Shown: positions 1-9,940, numbered from the stretch's first letter. The stretch: 64,000 nucleotides of DNA from a bacterium (GCA_029561175.1 JAKQJL010000025.1:3582-67581); one strand, 5' to 3'. Notes: a model not told the origin generated them from the sequence alone. Made by a program: numbers and translations.

Positions 1-2
1 TA

Positions 3-293
3 ATTTCCCAAGAACTGGCCAAATTATTAAAACTAGATTATCAGGAACTTATTATACGCCACCAGTTCACTTCCCCCCAAGCCAATCTCAAAGATCCTTC
101 TGCCCGCCGTGCCAACATGTCCTCAGTCTTTGCAATTAAGCCTCCCTTGTCAAGGGGAGGTCCCGAAGGGGGAGGGGTTTTAACCAATCTCATTATTTTT
201 GATGATGTCTACACCACTGGAGCTACTCTCAATTCCGCCATCTCAATTTTCCCTAAAAATTCTGAAATTTATGGTCTCACTCTCGCCGCTTAA
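3..293 (+). CDS. comF: ComF-family phosphoribosyltransferase-like protein, 5'-truncated by window edge
   Basis: Frame 3 translates ...TSPQANL...RRANM...IIFDDVYTTGATL...GLTLAA*; PRT/ComF DDVxTTGAT motif. Confidence 0.85.
   Translation: MSQELAKLLKLDYQELIIRHQFTSPQANLKDPSARRANMSSVFAIKPPLSRGGPEGGGVLTNLIIFDDVYTTGATLNSAISIFPKNSEIYGLTLAA
138..181. repeat. GC-rich palindromic element inside comF (codes PPLSRGGPEGGGV)
   Basis: AAGCCTCCCTTGTCAAGGGGAGGTCCCGAAGGGGGAGGGGTTTT; near-identical ends to copy at 3032-3084. Confidence 0.8.
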
Positions 294-961
294 AGATTTT
301 GAATATTTCCCGAGATTAGTCTACCTTGTTTAATTTCTTCTTCAGTTTTAGGAGCTGTGGCCTCGTTTGGCACCACTTCTTCTCCTACCGCACTGCCCTC
401 AATTGGGGTCAGCGAACTTAAATAAAAGTTTTCCACATTTAATCCGTGTGAAGTTAACGATTCTTTTAATTCGTTTTTAATTTCTTCTTCAATAATGCTT
501 CTGTCGGTCGACAAAGCTTTGCTCAAAGTGTGGTTGGTCAACACTTTTCTAATTCGGCTTCTAGTTACTGGTCGAACCACTTTCGACACAAAATACTCAC
601 CAATATTTTGCCAAATCTCAGGCAATCTTTCAGTGTCAAGTTTAATCAATACGGTTGCCTCAACGGCGACAAATTTATTATCCGAAGTAACTGAATTAAT
701 CACTTCATCACCCATAATTTCTTTATTGTCTTTTAAAACCACATCTTTAGAAACTGTATATTCAATTAATTGAGCATTAAATAATTTCACTCGGTGAATT
801 ATTGGAATTTTAAAATGCATTCCTGGGTACCACACATTTTTCAATACTCCTCGAAAAATTGAATAGATACAACCAACGTGTCCGGGTGGAATAGTGACAA
901 TAAATCCACCAACAACTTCGTCAACGAACAAAGAAACTAACAAATTATCAATCGATGCCAT
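290..961 (-). CDS. SPFH/prohibitin (band 7) family protein
   Basis: IPPGHVG...PGMHFKIPII...VRPVTRSRIR...GLNVENF pattern. Confidence 0.85.
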   Translation of the reverse strand: MASIDNLLVSLFVDEVVGGFIVTIPPGHVGCIYSIFRGVLKNVWYPGMHFKIPIIHRVKLFNAQLIEYTVSKDVVLKDNKEIMGDEVINSVTSDNKFVAVEATVLIKLDTERLPEIWQNIGEYFVSKVVRPVTRSRIRKVLTNHTLSKALSTDRSIIEEEIKNELKESLTSHGLNVENFYLSSLTPIEGSAVGEEVVPNEATAPKTEEEIKQGRLISGNIQNL

Positions 962-972
962 ATATTAAAAAA

Positions 973-1587
973 TTATACTCTAAATCCTTTCGCAAGTTCT
1001 AACAATTTTGCTTTTGGATCCTCCGATTTTACCACACTTGTCGCTACTAATACTCCTTTTGCCCCCAATTGACAGGCAATATCTACGTCTATCATAGATT
1101 TTATGCCCGCACCTACCAACACTTTTTTATCATCTAAAAACTTGACCATTTTTTCAATTGTGGTCGCCTTTTCTGAAGATACCGATTTTTCACTACTACC
1201 AATATATTCTTTGGGTTCAAAAGCTATCCATTGATTACTTAGTTTTTTACCCCATTTTTCTGCCTGTCCTAAGGTCGATAAGCACACCATTAATTCAAAT
1301 CCCTCTGGTTTCTTTTTCACTATTTCTCTAATTTGGTTAGGAGTCAATCGGTAATCCGAATGGTTAATCAAACTTCCTTTTATCCCCATTTTGTTGGCTT
1401 GTTCCATCATCTCTGGTTTTTGCAACCATACTTCGGTAATTTGATTTAGTTTTTCGGCCGCCAGTTCGGTCACCACCGGAATCACTTTAATTCCCGTTTC
1501 CTCCATCACTTCTTTGCAAATTCTAGCCAACTTTTCACCTTTTTCTCCCTCCGTCTCCGGATATTTTTTAAAATTTACTAAGATCAT
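973..1587 (-). CDS. tpiA: Triosephosphate isomerase, short archaeal type
   Basis: VNFK, LINHS, AFEP, VLVGAGI, GVLVATSVVK motifs; 204 aa. Confidence 0.85.
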   Translation of the reverse strand: MILVNFKKYPETEGEKGEKLARICKEVMEETGIKVIPVVTELAAEKLNQITEVWLQKPEMMEQANKMGIKGSLINHSDYRLTPNQIREIVKKKPEGFELMVCLSTLGQAEKWGKKLSNQWIAFEPKEYIGSSEKSVSSEKATTIEKMVKFLDDKKVLVGAGIKSMIDVDIACQLGAKGVLVATSVVKSEDPKAKLLELAKGFRV

Positions 1588-1615
1588 ATATTTCTATTCT
1601 ATCAATAACTAATCA

Positions 1616-1650
1616 AAGCCTCGCCCTGCTTGCCCGCCTATGGAGGGGTT
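1616..1650. repeat. Degenerate copy of the GC-rich palindromic element
   Basis: AAGCCTC...GGAGGGGTT ends shared with 138-181 and 3032-3084. Confidence 0.55.
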
Positions 1651-3127
1651 AAATTTTATATTTCTCCTTCAATTGTTTTATTCCATTAGTCAGATTAGTC
1701 ATCACTGCCTCGTCAACTGCTCCTTTGGCAATTGTCTCGTTAATTGCATTTCCAAAGTATCTGGCCATTTCCTCATTAATCCCATCACTATCAAAAGTTC
1801 TCGAACACAAATACCAACTACTCGCATTCTCAGCTCCCTTAACAAATCCTTTTGTCTTTGGATTCGTTTCCATTTCATTTATCATCGAAACTCTCGGGTA
1901 AATTTCTCCAAAGGTTCTAATTTGACTGGCAGCGGTAAACATTTTTTCTAACGATTCTTTCGAGGCTAAATATTCCAAAAACTTCCACGCTTCTTTTTGT
2001 TTGCTGCTTTTAGCGTTTACTGCTTCCACCCAGAACGATGCCCAGTGAACATTGGTCAAATTTGCATCAGTCGAGTCCAAAGAAACATTTTCCGAAGTTG
2101 ATAATTGAGGCACCGAGGTAATCTCATAATTCAATCCATTCTTTTTCATTTCTTCAATATCAAACACTCGCCAAGATGGTCCAAAATAAAATGCCAATTT
2201 GCCTTCAGCAAACGCTTTAGTCGAGTAGGGTAGAGTGTCATCCCAAACTTTGTGCTTACTAAAAAATAAGGTGTAATAAGTCAAGACATCGCTCATTTTT
2301 TTAGTTGCTGCCGAATCAGTTGGGTCAACTCCGCCTTGTTGAAGCATTAGTCCTAAAATATCGCTCCAATGATCCACATTATCTGTCAATCCCAAAGCCG
2401 CTCCAGCTACCAAAATTCGATCATTTTCATCTCGAACCGTTAGTTTTTTAGCCGCCGATTCCAGTTCCCACCACGATCTGGGTGGGTTTATTCCTGCCGA
2501 GTTTAGTAAATCTTTGTTGTAAAACAAGGCCAAACCGTCATACATTATTGGCACTGCCAAATAATTACTTCGGCTTTTAATTGTTTTTTTATAAACTTCA
2601 AAAAAATCGTCATCTAAGCCAATTGTTTTTGCTGTAGCTGCTGGCACTGGTGCCAACAAATCCGAAAACATTGGCATCCAGCTTTGATGAATTCTAAAAA
2701 TATCTGGCACCTCATCCTCACTAGCTCCGTTCATCAGTCTCGATTGCAACACTGTTCGATAATTCTCTTGGCTTTTTTTTGTATATTTAATCGTTACATT
2801 AGGATTTTTGGCCTCATACTCGGCAATTGCTGCATTTATCACCGCCTCGTTTTCCCACATTCCCCAATAATTCAAAGTTACTTTTTCTGGCTTTTTAGTT
2901 AGTTTGGGAATAAGAATTACCAGTAAAACTACTACTAATATTCCAATTATTCCAAAAATTATAAATTTTGGGTCAAATTTTTTAATTGTTTTTTTATTTT
3001 CCTCACCAATATCGTTTATCGAATTCTGTTTAGCCTCCCCTGTCAAGGGGAGGTCCCCGAGCTTGTCGAGGGGGGAGGGGTTTTCTACTTTTCTAGCTGG
3101 TAAAGGTGAGTTTAATTCGATCTCCAT
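1649..3127 (-). CDS. Sugar ABC transporter substrate-binding protein, membrane anchored
   Basis: TM helix, PDIF, YDGLALFYNKDL, AFAEGKLAFYF, EAWKFLEYL. Confidence 0.9.
   Translation of the reverse strand: MEIELNSPLPARKVENPSPLDKLGDLPLTGEAKQNSINDIGEENKKTIKKFDPKFIIFGIIGILVVVLLVILIPKLTKKPEKVTLNYWGMWENEAVINAAIAEYEAKNPNVTIKYTKKSQENYRTVLQSRLMNGASEDEVPDIFRIHQSWMPMFSDLLAPVPAATAKTIGLDDDFFEVYKKTIKSRSNYLAVPIMYDGLALFYNKDLLNSAGINPPRSWWELESAAKKLTVRDENDRILVAGAALGLTDNVDHWSDILGLMLQQGGVDPTDSAATKKMSDVLTYYTLFFSKHKVWDDTLPYSTKAFAEGKLAFYFGPSWRVFDIEEMKKNGLNYEITSVPQLSTSENVSLDSTDANLTNVHWASFWVEAVNAKSSKQKEAWKFLEYLASKESLEKMFTAASQIRTFGEIYPRVSMINEMETNPKTKGFVKGAENASSWYLCSRTFDSDGINEEMARYFGNAINETIAKGAVDEAVMTNLTNGIKQLKEKYKI
3032..3084. 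repeat. GC-rich palindromic element inside the SBP N-terminus (codes ENPSPLDKLGDLPLTGEA)
   Basis: AGCCTCCCCTGTCAAGGGGAGGTCCCCGAGCTTGTCGAGGGGGGAGGGGTTTT. Confidence 0.8.
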
Positions 3128-3148
3128 TACTTATGATACACTCTACCC

Positions 3149-3751
3149 ATGTTAATTCCAATTAGTATCGCCACCGGTTGTCTCTTAGGTAACGTCTTTT
3201 TTCACCTCCTTCCCGAGTCAGATAATTATTTTTTAGTTCTCCTTGGTCTTCTTTCTTTTTTTATACTCGAAAAAATTTTAAAATGGCACCATTGTCACGA
3301 TCATGATCACCACCATCATCTTACTCAAATGAGTTATGTCGGTGGTTCAATCCACTCCCTAGTCGATGGCGCTCTCATCGTTTCTCAGTTTTTTGTCTCT
3401 CCTTCTTCTGGTTTTGCTACTCTTTTGGCCATCACTCTCCATGAAATTCCTCAAAAACTAACCTACTATTCGATTTTTGTATCTCAAAAAATGTCCCATC
3501 TTAAGGCAATTGGCTTATCGCTACTAACCTCGGCTCCAATGTTTTTAGCCGCTCTGATTCTCTATATTTTTCGTCAGAACCTCGACACTTCTTGGTTAAC
3601 TCCTTTTACTGCTGGTTCTTTTCTCTACATCGCCACCTCCGATTTAATTCCCGAGCTCCATCATCACAGTGGTCTCAAACAAAATTTAATTCAACTCTTT
3701 TTCATTTGTCTTGGTCTCTATTTTATGTTTTTCCTTCTTCGTTTCGAATAG
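3149..3751 (+). CDS. ZIP-family metal transporter
   Basis: FFHLLPE, His-rich loop, HSLVDG, LHEIPQ, SDLIPELH. Confidence 0.9.
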   Translation: MLIPISIATGCLLGNVFFHLLPESDNYFLVLLGLLSFFILEKILKWHHCHDHDHHHHLTQMSYVGGSIHSLVDGALIVSQFFVSPSSGFATLLAITLHEIPQKLTYYSIFVSQKMSHLKAIGLSLLTSAPMFLAALILYIFRQNLDTSWLTPFTAGSFLYIATSDLIPELHHHSGLKQNLIQLFFICLGLYFMFFLLRFE

Positions 3752-3766
3752 TTTAATATTACTATT

Positions 3767-4174
3767 ATGAAAATAAAAATTTACACCGATGGTGGTTCTC
3801 GGGGAAATCCTGGAATTTCTGGGTTTGGTTTGGTGGTCATCGATGAAGCTAATCAGATTGTCTATCAACAATCTCAATCTTTAGGCATCAAAACCAATAA
3901 TGAAGCCGAATATGCCGGTGCCCTGTCCGCTATTTCTTGGCTGGTTGCCAATCAATCTCGTTTTACTTCTGCCCAATTTATTTCCGATTCCCAGTTAATG
4001 ATTTGTCAAATCAACGGTCAATATAAAGTTAAAGCCGCCAATCTCATTCCTCTTTACCAACAATTGATTAGTCTAATTTCTCAGGTTAAAATACCTCTAA
4101 CTTTTTCCCACACTTTGCGGGAAGGCAATCAGTTAGCCGATCAGTTAGCCAATCAGGCCATGGATCAACAATGA
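3767..4174 (+). CDS. rnhA: Ribonuclease HI
   Basis: YTDGGSRGNPG, TNNEAEY, SDSQL, REGNQLADQLAN. Confidence 0.92.
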   Translation: MKIKIYTDGGSRGNPGISGFGLVVIDEANQIVYQQSQSLGIKTNNEAEYAGALSAISWLVANQSRFTSAQFISDSQLMICQINGQYKVKAANLIPLYQQLISLISQVKIPLTFSHTLREGNQLADQLANQAMDQQ

Positions 4175-5892
4175 CCACAAAAATAATTCACATCATTAGG
4201 CCAATACTTTTAGCAATTCTGTTTATTGTCTTAGTAATGTTTGGGCCTTTAATAATCAATTTTGGTAAAACTGGTCGCCAAACTACTGTTTTAGGCAAAG
4301 ACTATTCGCTTCTTTCCAAATCTCAAATCATCGCCAAGTTAGCCGTCGATTTTCCCAATCCTACTAATTTTAGTTTTACTTCTGCTGGCCGTCAGTTCGA
4401 TCTTCCTCTTTCTTCCGTTTCTGCCTCCATAAATTATTCCACTACTGCTTCCAACCTATTATTTCGTCGTCTAAACCAAGGATTACCCCAATACTTTCGT
4501 TCATTTTTCGAGCCACGTAATTTTAATCTCGAAATCGATTACCGTCCTGAACTGTTGACTTCTCAAATCGATGCCATCGCTTCTCAAATTAATCGGCCCT
4601 ATATTCCCACCGAATTAGTTCTCAATCCCCAAACCAAAAACATTGAAGTTAAAGCCGGTCAGCTTGGTAGTCAATTAGATCAGTCAGCCCTCAGCCGTCA
4701 GCTCATTTCAAATCTTACCAACTATCATCTTCAACCTTTTGAAATTACCATCGAAACCAAAGGTACTTTGCCCAATCAATCTCAAATCGATCAAACCATT
4801 TTAAAAGCTCAAAAATTAATCGATAAAAAAATTATTTTAAAACTTCCCGATCAGGAAATTACTCTTACCGACCAAACCCTAATCAACTGGCTCGACTTCG
4901 ATCAAAATTGTCGCACCGACAACATTTCTTTCTACGTCGATTCGGTTGCCACCAGTATTAAGAAAGATCCTATCGATGCTGTCTTTCAATTCGAAAATGG
5001 TAAAGTTCTTGAGTTCAAACCAGCCACCAAAGGTTATTCTCTCAATTCCACCGAATTAAAAAACCAACTCTGTCCCTCAGTTAATCAAATTATTGCCAGC
5101 TCATCAAATCAAACCATCGAAACCCCATTAAATTACACCGATCCTACCACTCAAAATTCCATGGTCAACGACTTAGGCATCAAAGAATTGCTCGGTCGGG
5201 GAGTGTCAACTTTCAAGCATTCTTCCACTATCCGCAACCACAATGTTGAAAAAGGTGCTTCAATTGTCAATCGAGTTTTGGTCGCTCCCGGTGAAACTTT
5301 TTCCTTTCTTAAAAATCTTGGTGAAGTTAGCCTCGAAACTGGTTTCAAAAAAGCCTATGTCATTCGAGCCGGTAAAACCGAGCTTGATGTTGGTGGGGGA
5401 ATTTGCCAAGTATCTACCACTCTTTTCCGGGCCATGCTCAATGCTGGTCTCAATATCACCGAGCGTAAAAATCATGCCTATCGTGTTGGTTATTATGAAG
5501 AAGACATGCCCCCAGGCTACGATGCTACTGTTTTTATTCCCAGTCCCGACCTTAAGTTTATCAACGACACTGGCCACCATCTTTTAATCCAAAGCACCTA
5601 CGATGGTGTTAATAAAAAACTAACCTACGATATTTATGGCACTTCCGATGGTCGAAAAACTGAAATTACTAACTATCGTCAATGGGGTGCCGCCCCACCT
5701 CCACCAGCGGTTTATATCGACGATCCTACCCTAGCTCCGGGCAAAGTTGTTCAAGATGAGCACGCTATTGCTGGTCTCAAAACCTCTTTTGATTGGAAAG
5801 TTACTCGCGACTCCCAAATTATTCATCAAAAAACCTTTACCTCTAATTTCGTTCCCTGGGCCGCCGTCTATCGCCGTGGCCCCACCCAATAA
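4171..5892 (+). CDS. VanW family protein with peptidoglycan-binding domains
   Basis: N-terminal TM; PGETFSF, GGGICQVSTTLF, ERKNHAY, DATVF, DLKFINDT. Confidence 0.9.
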   Translation: MTTKIIHIIRPILLAILFIVLVMFGPLIINFGKTGRQTTVLGKDYSLLSKSQIIAKLAVDFPNPTNFSFTSAGRQFDLPLSSVSASINYSTTASNLLFRRLNQGLPQYFRSFFEPRNFNLEIDYRPELLTSQIDAIASQINRPYIPTELVLNPQTKNIEVKAGQLGSQLDQSALSRQLISNLTNYHLQPFEITIETKGTLPNQSQIDQTILKAQKLIDKKIILKLPDQEITLTDQTLINWLDFDQNCRTDNISFYVDSVATSIKKDPIDAVFQFENGKVLEFKPATKGYSLNSTELKNQLCPSVNQIIASSSNQTIETPLNYTDPTTQNSMVNDLGIKELLGRGVSTFKHSSTIRNHNVEKGASIVNRVLVAPGETFSFLKNLGEVSLETGFKKAYVIRAGKTELDVGGGICQVSTTLFRAMLNAGLNITERKNHAYRVGYYEEDMPPGYDATVFIPSPDLKFINDTGHHLLIQSTYDGVNKKLTYDIYGTSDGRKTEITNYRQWGAAPPPPAVYIDDPTLAPGKVVQDEHAIAGLKTSFDWKVTRDSQIIHQKTFTSNFVPWAAVYRRGPTQ

Positions 5893-5893
5893 A

Positions 5894-6925
5894 ATGTTCA
5901 AAGAATATTCCAATATTGTAAAAGTTTTAAAATCTGGTGGTCTTGTCGTTTTTCCTTCCGATAGTGTTTATGGTCTAGCCGTCGACCCACTCAATCCCAA
6001 AGCCGTTGCCAAGCTCATTGCTTTCAAAGATCGTTGGCCAGGCAAGGCTATTTCGGTGGCAGTTAATAGTCTCGACATGGCCAAAAAATACGCCAAAATC
6101 GACACAAAAGCCGAAAACATTTTTAAAACTCTACTTCCTGGCCCTTTTACTGTTATTGTCCCGGGTCTTCATCTTTTTGCTCCTGGCATCGAAGCCGAAA
6201 ACGGCACCATCGGTCTTCGTTTGCCCAAATATCAATTCATCACCGATTTAGTCACCGAACTTGGTTCGCCTATAACCGCCACCTCTGCCAATTTATCGGG
6301 CAAAACACCCCACTATTCCATTCCTTCTTTGCTCAAAACTCTTTCTGCCAAAAAACAAGCTCTGATCGATTTAATCGTCGATCATGGTCAACTTCCTAAA
6401 AACCAACCCTCAACTGTCATCGATATTTCCCAGCCAGAACCTCAAATTCTTCGCGCCGGCGATATCCTAGTCGAAGCTGGCACCAAGTTTGTCTCTCAAT
6501 CCGAAGCCGACACCCGTCGTCTGGCTCAATTTATTTTTCAAAAAATAACTCCCGATCATCGGCCAATTGTTTTTCTACTAACCGGCGATCTAGGTGGTGG
6601 TAAGACCGTCTTTTCTCAAAGTATTGGCAAATATCTAGGAGTTAAGGATCAAATTACCAGTCCCACTTTTGTGATTTTAAATCAGTATCCCGCCACCCTT
6701 GTTAAACAATTTCTTCATTTCGATCTCTATCGTTTGTCAGCTGGTTACGAGTTTGATGAGATTAAATTCTTAGATCATTTTCAGCCCCAAACAGTTTCTT
6801 GCATCGAGTGGCCCGAAATCATGAATCCTCAAGATTTACAAACTATCCGTCAAACCTGCCAAGTAATTTCGGTCTCTTTTACCTATCTTTCCCAGAATAA
6901 ACGGCTTATTGAGTATTCGTTTTAA
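5894..6925 (+). CDS. tsaC/tsaE: Fused TsaC (YrdC/Sua5 domain) - TsaE ATPase, t6A biosynthesis
   Basis: PSDSVYGL, KDR, LPGPFT, TSANLSG followed in frame by GDLGGGKT, SPTF, HFDLYRL, IEWPE; start reset to ATG 5894. Confidence 0.9.
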   Translation: MFKEYSNIVKVLKSGGLVVFPSDSVYGLAVDPLNPKAVAKLIAFKDRWPGKAISVAVNSLDMAKKYAKIDTKAENIFKTLLPGPFTVIVPGLHLFAPGIEAENGTIGLRLPKYQFITDLVTELGSPITATSANLSGKTPHYSIPSLLKTLSAKKQALIDLIVDHGQLPKNQPSTVIDISQPEPQILRAGDILVEAGTKFVSQSEADTRRLAQFIFQKITPDHRPIVFLLTGDLGGGKTVFSQSIGKYLGVKDQITSPTFVILNQYPATLVKQFLHFDLYRLSAGYEFDEIKFLDHFQPQTVSCIEWPEIMNPQDLQTIRQTCQVISVSFTYLSQNKRLIEYSF

Positions 6926-7436
6926 TCGATTTCCATACCTGTTCACATTCTTCTTTTAGTTTTTCAATATTGTTATGAACACATTGCAAGGTGTATTTCA
7001 TTTCTCCGTTTTCAAAATCAATCAATTTTTGTTTGCCCTCAACTTCAAAAATCGATGCCCCTTCTGCCATTTCTCGTCCTGGGTTGTTCCACGACCACAC
7101 TGTCCCTTCATGAATAGTAATAATTCCTTGGTTATCGTATAAAACGTATCTCAGACCACTTTTTTCTTTTTCCTCATAGAACTTTTTATAACTCGGATAA
7201 CTAAAACTTAGCAATCCATCTTTGGCAGTAAAACTCTTTATGGTTGGTGTTGGTGTCGCTGCCAAACTCGACTCGGTCGCTTCAATTGTCGGTGTTGGGC
7301 TACCAATTTCAGTCTTTACTGTTTCAAAACTAGTAGTCGTTTTTTTAGGTCTAAAGATAAAATAGACTCCAACAATTGATAATCCCAATAATACCAACGA
7401 AAACATAAGGTACTGACTGTTTTTGTTAGAATTCAT
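6906..7436 (-). CDS. Hypothetical membrane-anchored protein with Pro/Thr linker
   Basis: N-terminal TM, PTPT linker, two C-terminal Cys. Confidence 0.7.
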   Translation of the reverse strand: MNSNKNSQYLMFSLVLLGLSIVGVYFIFRPKKTTTSFETVKTEIGSPTPTIEATESSLAATPTPTIKSFTAKDGLLSFSYPSYKKFYEEKEKSGLRYVLYDNQGIITIHEGTVWSWNNPGREMAEGASIFEVEGKQKLIDFENGEMKYTLQCVHNNIEKLKEECEQVWKSIKTNTQ

Positions 7437-7455
7437 AATCTATAATACCTAAAAT

Positions 7456-8478
7456 ATGAATCAATTGGCAATCGAAACTAGTTGCGACGACACTTGTGCC
7501 GCTGTCCTCACCGACGGCCGGTTGATTTCTAGTGTCATTTCCTCTCAAACCAATCTTCATCAACAATGGGGTGGGGTAGTTCCCGACATTGCCAAACGAG
7601 CCCATCAACAAAACATCGATCCGGTTGTTCAAACCGCTCTCAAACGTGCTCATTTAAAACTCTCTGATATCGATTACTTAGCCGTCACCCAAGGGCCAGG
7701 TTTAGCAATTGCCCTAAGTGTAGGTGTAAATTATGCCAAAGATTTGGCTTTAAAATTAAACAAACCTCTTATCGCTGTTAACCATATTGAAGGCCATTTG
7801 CTTTCTCCTTTTATTACCAATCGCTCTGGCAATCCAGTTCGTCAATTTCAATTCCCCTTGCTTTCGCTCACAGTTTCCGGTGGCCATACCAAAATTATTC
7901 TTACCCAAAGTCTTGGGGATTATCAAATTATTGGTCAAACTCTCGACGATGCCGCCGGCGAATCTCTCGACAAAGCTGCTAAACTTTTAGGTCTTGGCTA
8001 TCCTGGTGGCCCAATCATCGAAGTTCTCAGTCGTCTAGGCAACCCCAATTTTTTAAAATTACCCCAACCTCTAAACAATAAATCTATTTTGAATTTTTCT
8101 TTTTCTGGTTTAAAAACTGCCTTCTACTATCAAATAAAAAAAATGTCTCCAGAATATATTTTGGCTCATCAAGCCGATTTAGCCGCTTCTTTTCAACAAT
8201 CAGTTTTCTCCTCTCTCACCACCAAATTTGGGTTAGCCATTTCTAAATACTCTCCTGTTTTACTATCAGCTAGCGGGGGAGTTTTGGCCAATAAAGCTCT
8301 TCGTGCTCAACTTCGAAGTCTGGCCAAAAAGCATCATTTGCCCATCTATTTTCCTTCAAAATTAGCCCACAATACCGACAATGCCGCCATGATCGGCCTG
8401 GTTGCTCATCACAAATTTCTCCGCCATCAGTTTGCCAACCCTCTTCTCCTCGACCGCGACCCCCGCCTCCAACTATAA
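7456..8478 (+). CDS. tsaD: tRNA threonylcarbamoyltransferase TsaD
   Basis: IETSCDDT, GGVVPD, NHIEGH, VSGGHT, DDAAGE, TDNAAMIG. Confidence 0.96.
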   Translation: MNQLAIETSCDDTCAAVLTDGRLISSVISSQTNLHQQWGGVVPDIAKRAHQQNIDPVVQTALKRAHLKLSDIDYLAVTQGPGLAIALSVGVNYAKDLALKLNKPLIAVNHIEGHLLSPFITNRSGNPVRQFQFPLLSLTVSGGHTKIILTQSLGDYQIIGQTLDDAAGESLDKAAKLLGLGYPGGPIIEVLSRLGNPNFLKLPQPLNNKSILNFSFSGLKTAFYYQIKKMSPEYILAHQADLAASFQQSVFSSLTTKFGLAISKYSPVLLSASGGVLANKALRAQLRSLAKKHHLPIYFPSKLAHNTDNAAMIGLVAHHKFLRHQFANPLLLDRDPRLQL

Positions 8479-8485
8479 TAATTCA

Positions 8486-9247
8486 GTGATAAAAAAGAAG
8501 TTTTCTTTTATTACCTTCAATATTCAAGGTGTTCCCCGAAAGTCATCAAAAATAGTTGAACGTCTCAACCAACTAGCTCTGAATTTAAACCAACAAACAG
8601 TAGATCTTATCAATCTCCAAGATGTGTTTACTTATCAGCAACTAACTATTTTGAAAAACAATTTAACTTCGTATCCTTATTGTATTTTTCAACCAGCAGT
8701 TTTTGGGCCAAAAGGTGGCCTGGTCACTTTTTCAAAACACCCAATAAAGTCTCATAAATATTATTCTTTTGGTTTTTCCTTTCATTTCTTAAAACAATTT
8801 TTTAGAAATATTTTGTCAGATAAAGGTTTTTTAGTATCTTATTTCAATGATTATCTTGTAATCAACACTCATTTTTATTTTGCGTCTTTAAACAAAGAAA
8901 AAACATATCATCACCAAATAAAAAAATTATCAACAATTGTCAACCGAACAACAAAAAAAACCATCCTAACCGGCGATTTTAATATTCCCAAAAACCATCA
9001 CCTCTACTCCAGCTTAACTAATAGTTTAAATTTAATTAACCCTTTTCCTCAAAATTTATCTCCCACTTTTCATCAAGAATTTTTGTCACCAGATCAAAAA
9101 GGTTATTGTCTCGATCATATTTTTATTTCGCCTAACTTAAATCCCATTATTCAGAATTACTTATTTCAACAACCAATTATTTCTAAAAGTAATAATCATG
9201 GTTTTCTTTCCGACCATCTGGCCATCAAAACCATCATTTCTTTTTAA
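8486..9247 (+). CDS. Endonuclease/exonuclease/phosphatase family protein
   Basis: TFNI, LQDV, INTH, GDFN, LDHIF, LSDH; GTG start after TATAAT. Confidence 0.85.
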   Translation: MIKKKFSFITFNIQGVPRKSSKIVERLNQLALNLNQQTVDLINLQDVFTYQQLTILKNNLTSYPYCIFQPAVFGPKGGLVTFSKHPIKSHKYYSFGFSFHFLKQFFRNILSDKGFLVSYFNDYLVINTHFYFASLNKEKTYHHQIKKLSTIVNRTTKKTILTGDFNIPKNHHLYSSLTNSLNLINPFPQNLSPTFHQEFLSPDQKGYCLDHIFISPNLNPIIQNYLFQQPIISKSNNHGFLSDHLAIKTIISF

Positions 9248-9263
9248 CTACTTTTTATGTTTA

Positions 9264-9298
9264 TCCCCCTCTGGTCAAAGAGGGGGTAGGGGGAGATT
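9264..9298. repeat. Palindromic element between convergent genes (possible terminator)
   Basis: CCCCCTCTGGTCAAAGAGGGGGTAGGGGGAGATT; hairpin plus G-rich tail like the other copies. Confidence 0.65.
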
Positions 9299-9313
9299 GA
9301 AATTATAAATTAT

Positions 9314-9883
9314 TTATATCCCCAAACATTCAAACAACCCTTTCATCTCTTCCCATCTTTTAAAACTTTCTTCGCCGTATTCTTTCATCTTTTCTTCAAT
9401 TTCTTCTGCTGTATGTTTTTTGCCACTTTTAGAAAAAAACTTGTCAGCATAAGCCACAATTATTTCTTCAGTTGTCACTGGCAAGTGATTTAAATCAGAA
9501 TTCAATCCTTTTTCAATTGCCTCTTCTCTTGAAAACCCAGTTCCTACATGGCTCAAACAAAATCTGGCTATTTTTTCATCTACCTCTTGGCTCTTTAACC
9601 ACCAATAACCATCCTCTCCATGGGTAACCGCTTTCCCTTTTTCTGTTTTAGTACTCAAACAGCCAATATCATGAACCATCGCTCCCGTATAAATTAGCTC
9701 TTCGTCTAATTTTATTCCTGTTTTGTTAGCATACAATTTAGCCAAAACTAAGGCATAATTAGCCACTTCTTGGCAGTGCCGGTAAACTACTTCTCTACCT
9801 CTTCCGTTTTTATCCCCCGCCAAATCATATAAATTATTTATTTTCATATCATTCGTTTTTCTATTTATTTCTCTTTCGTTCAT
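9314..9883 (-). CDS. HD-domain (HDIG) phosphohydrolase
   Basis: RHCQEV, VHDIG, HGEDG, SHVG, AYADKF. Confidence 0.88.
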   Translation of the reverse strand: MNEREINRKTNDMKINNLYDLAGDKNGRGREVVYRHCQEVANYALVLAKLYANKTGIKLDEELIYTGAMVHDIGCLSTKTEKGKAVTHGEDGYWWLKSQEVDEKIARFCLSHVGTGFSREEAIEKGLNSDLNHLPVTTEEIIVAYADKFFSKSGKKHTAEEIEEKMKEYGEESFKRWEEMKGLFECLGI

Positions 9884-9906
9884 ATCTTATTTTAACTTAT
9901 TTTGTC

Positions 9907-9940
9907 TTACGTATATCCTATATCGTATATCGAATTACGT
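9907..9940 (+). repeat. Heptamer tandem repeat (CGWATWW) upstream of valS
   Basis: CGTATAT CCTATAT CGTATAT CGAATTA CGT. Confidence 0.85.

Noticed and set aside
495-773. Many 60-130 aa antisense or alternate-frame ORFs in the track
   Set aside because: They lie within well-supported genes and show no motifs
5747-5893. ORF-track N-terminal extensions (also valS 9902, EEP 8402, ABC-F 52708, ITPase 48271, HK 61009)
   Set aside because: They overlap upstream genes or repeats; family motifs and -10 boxes point to downstream starts
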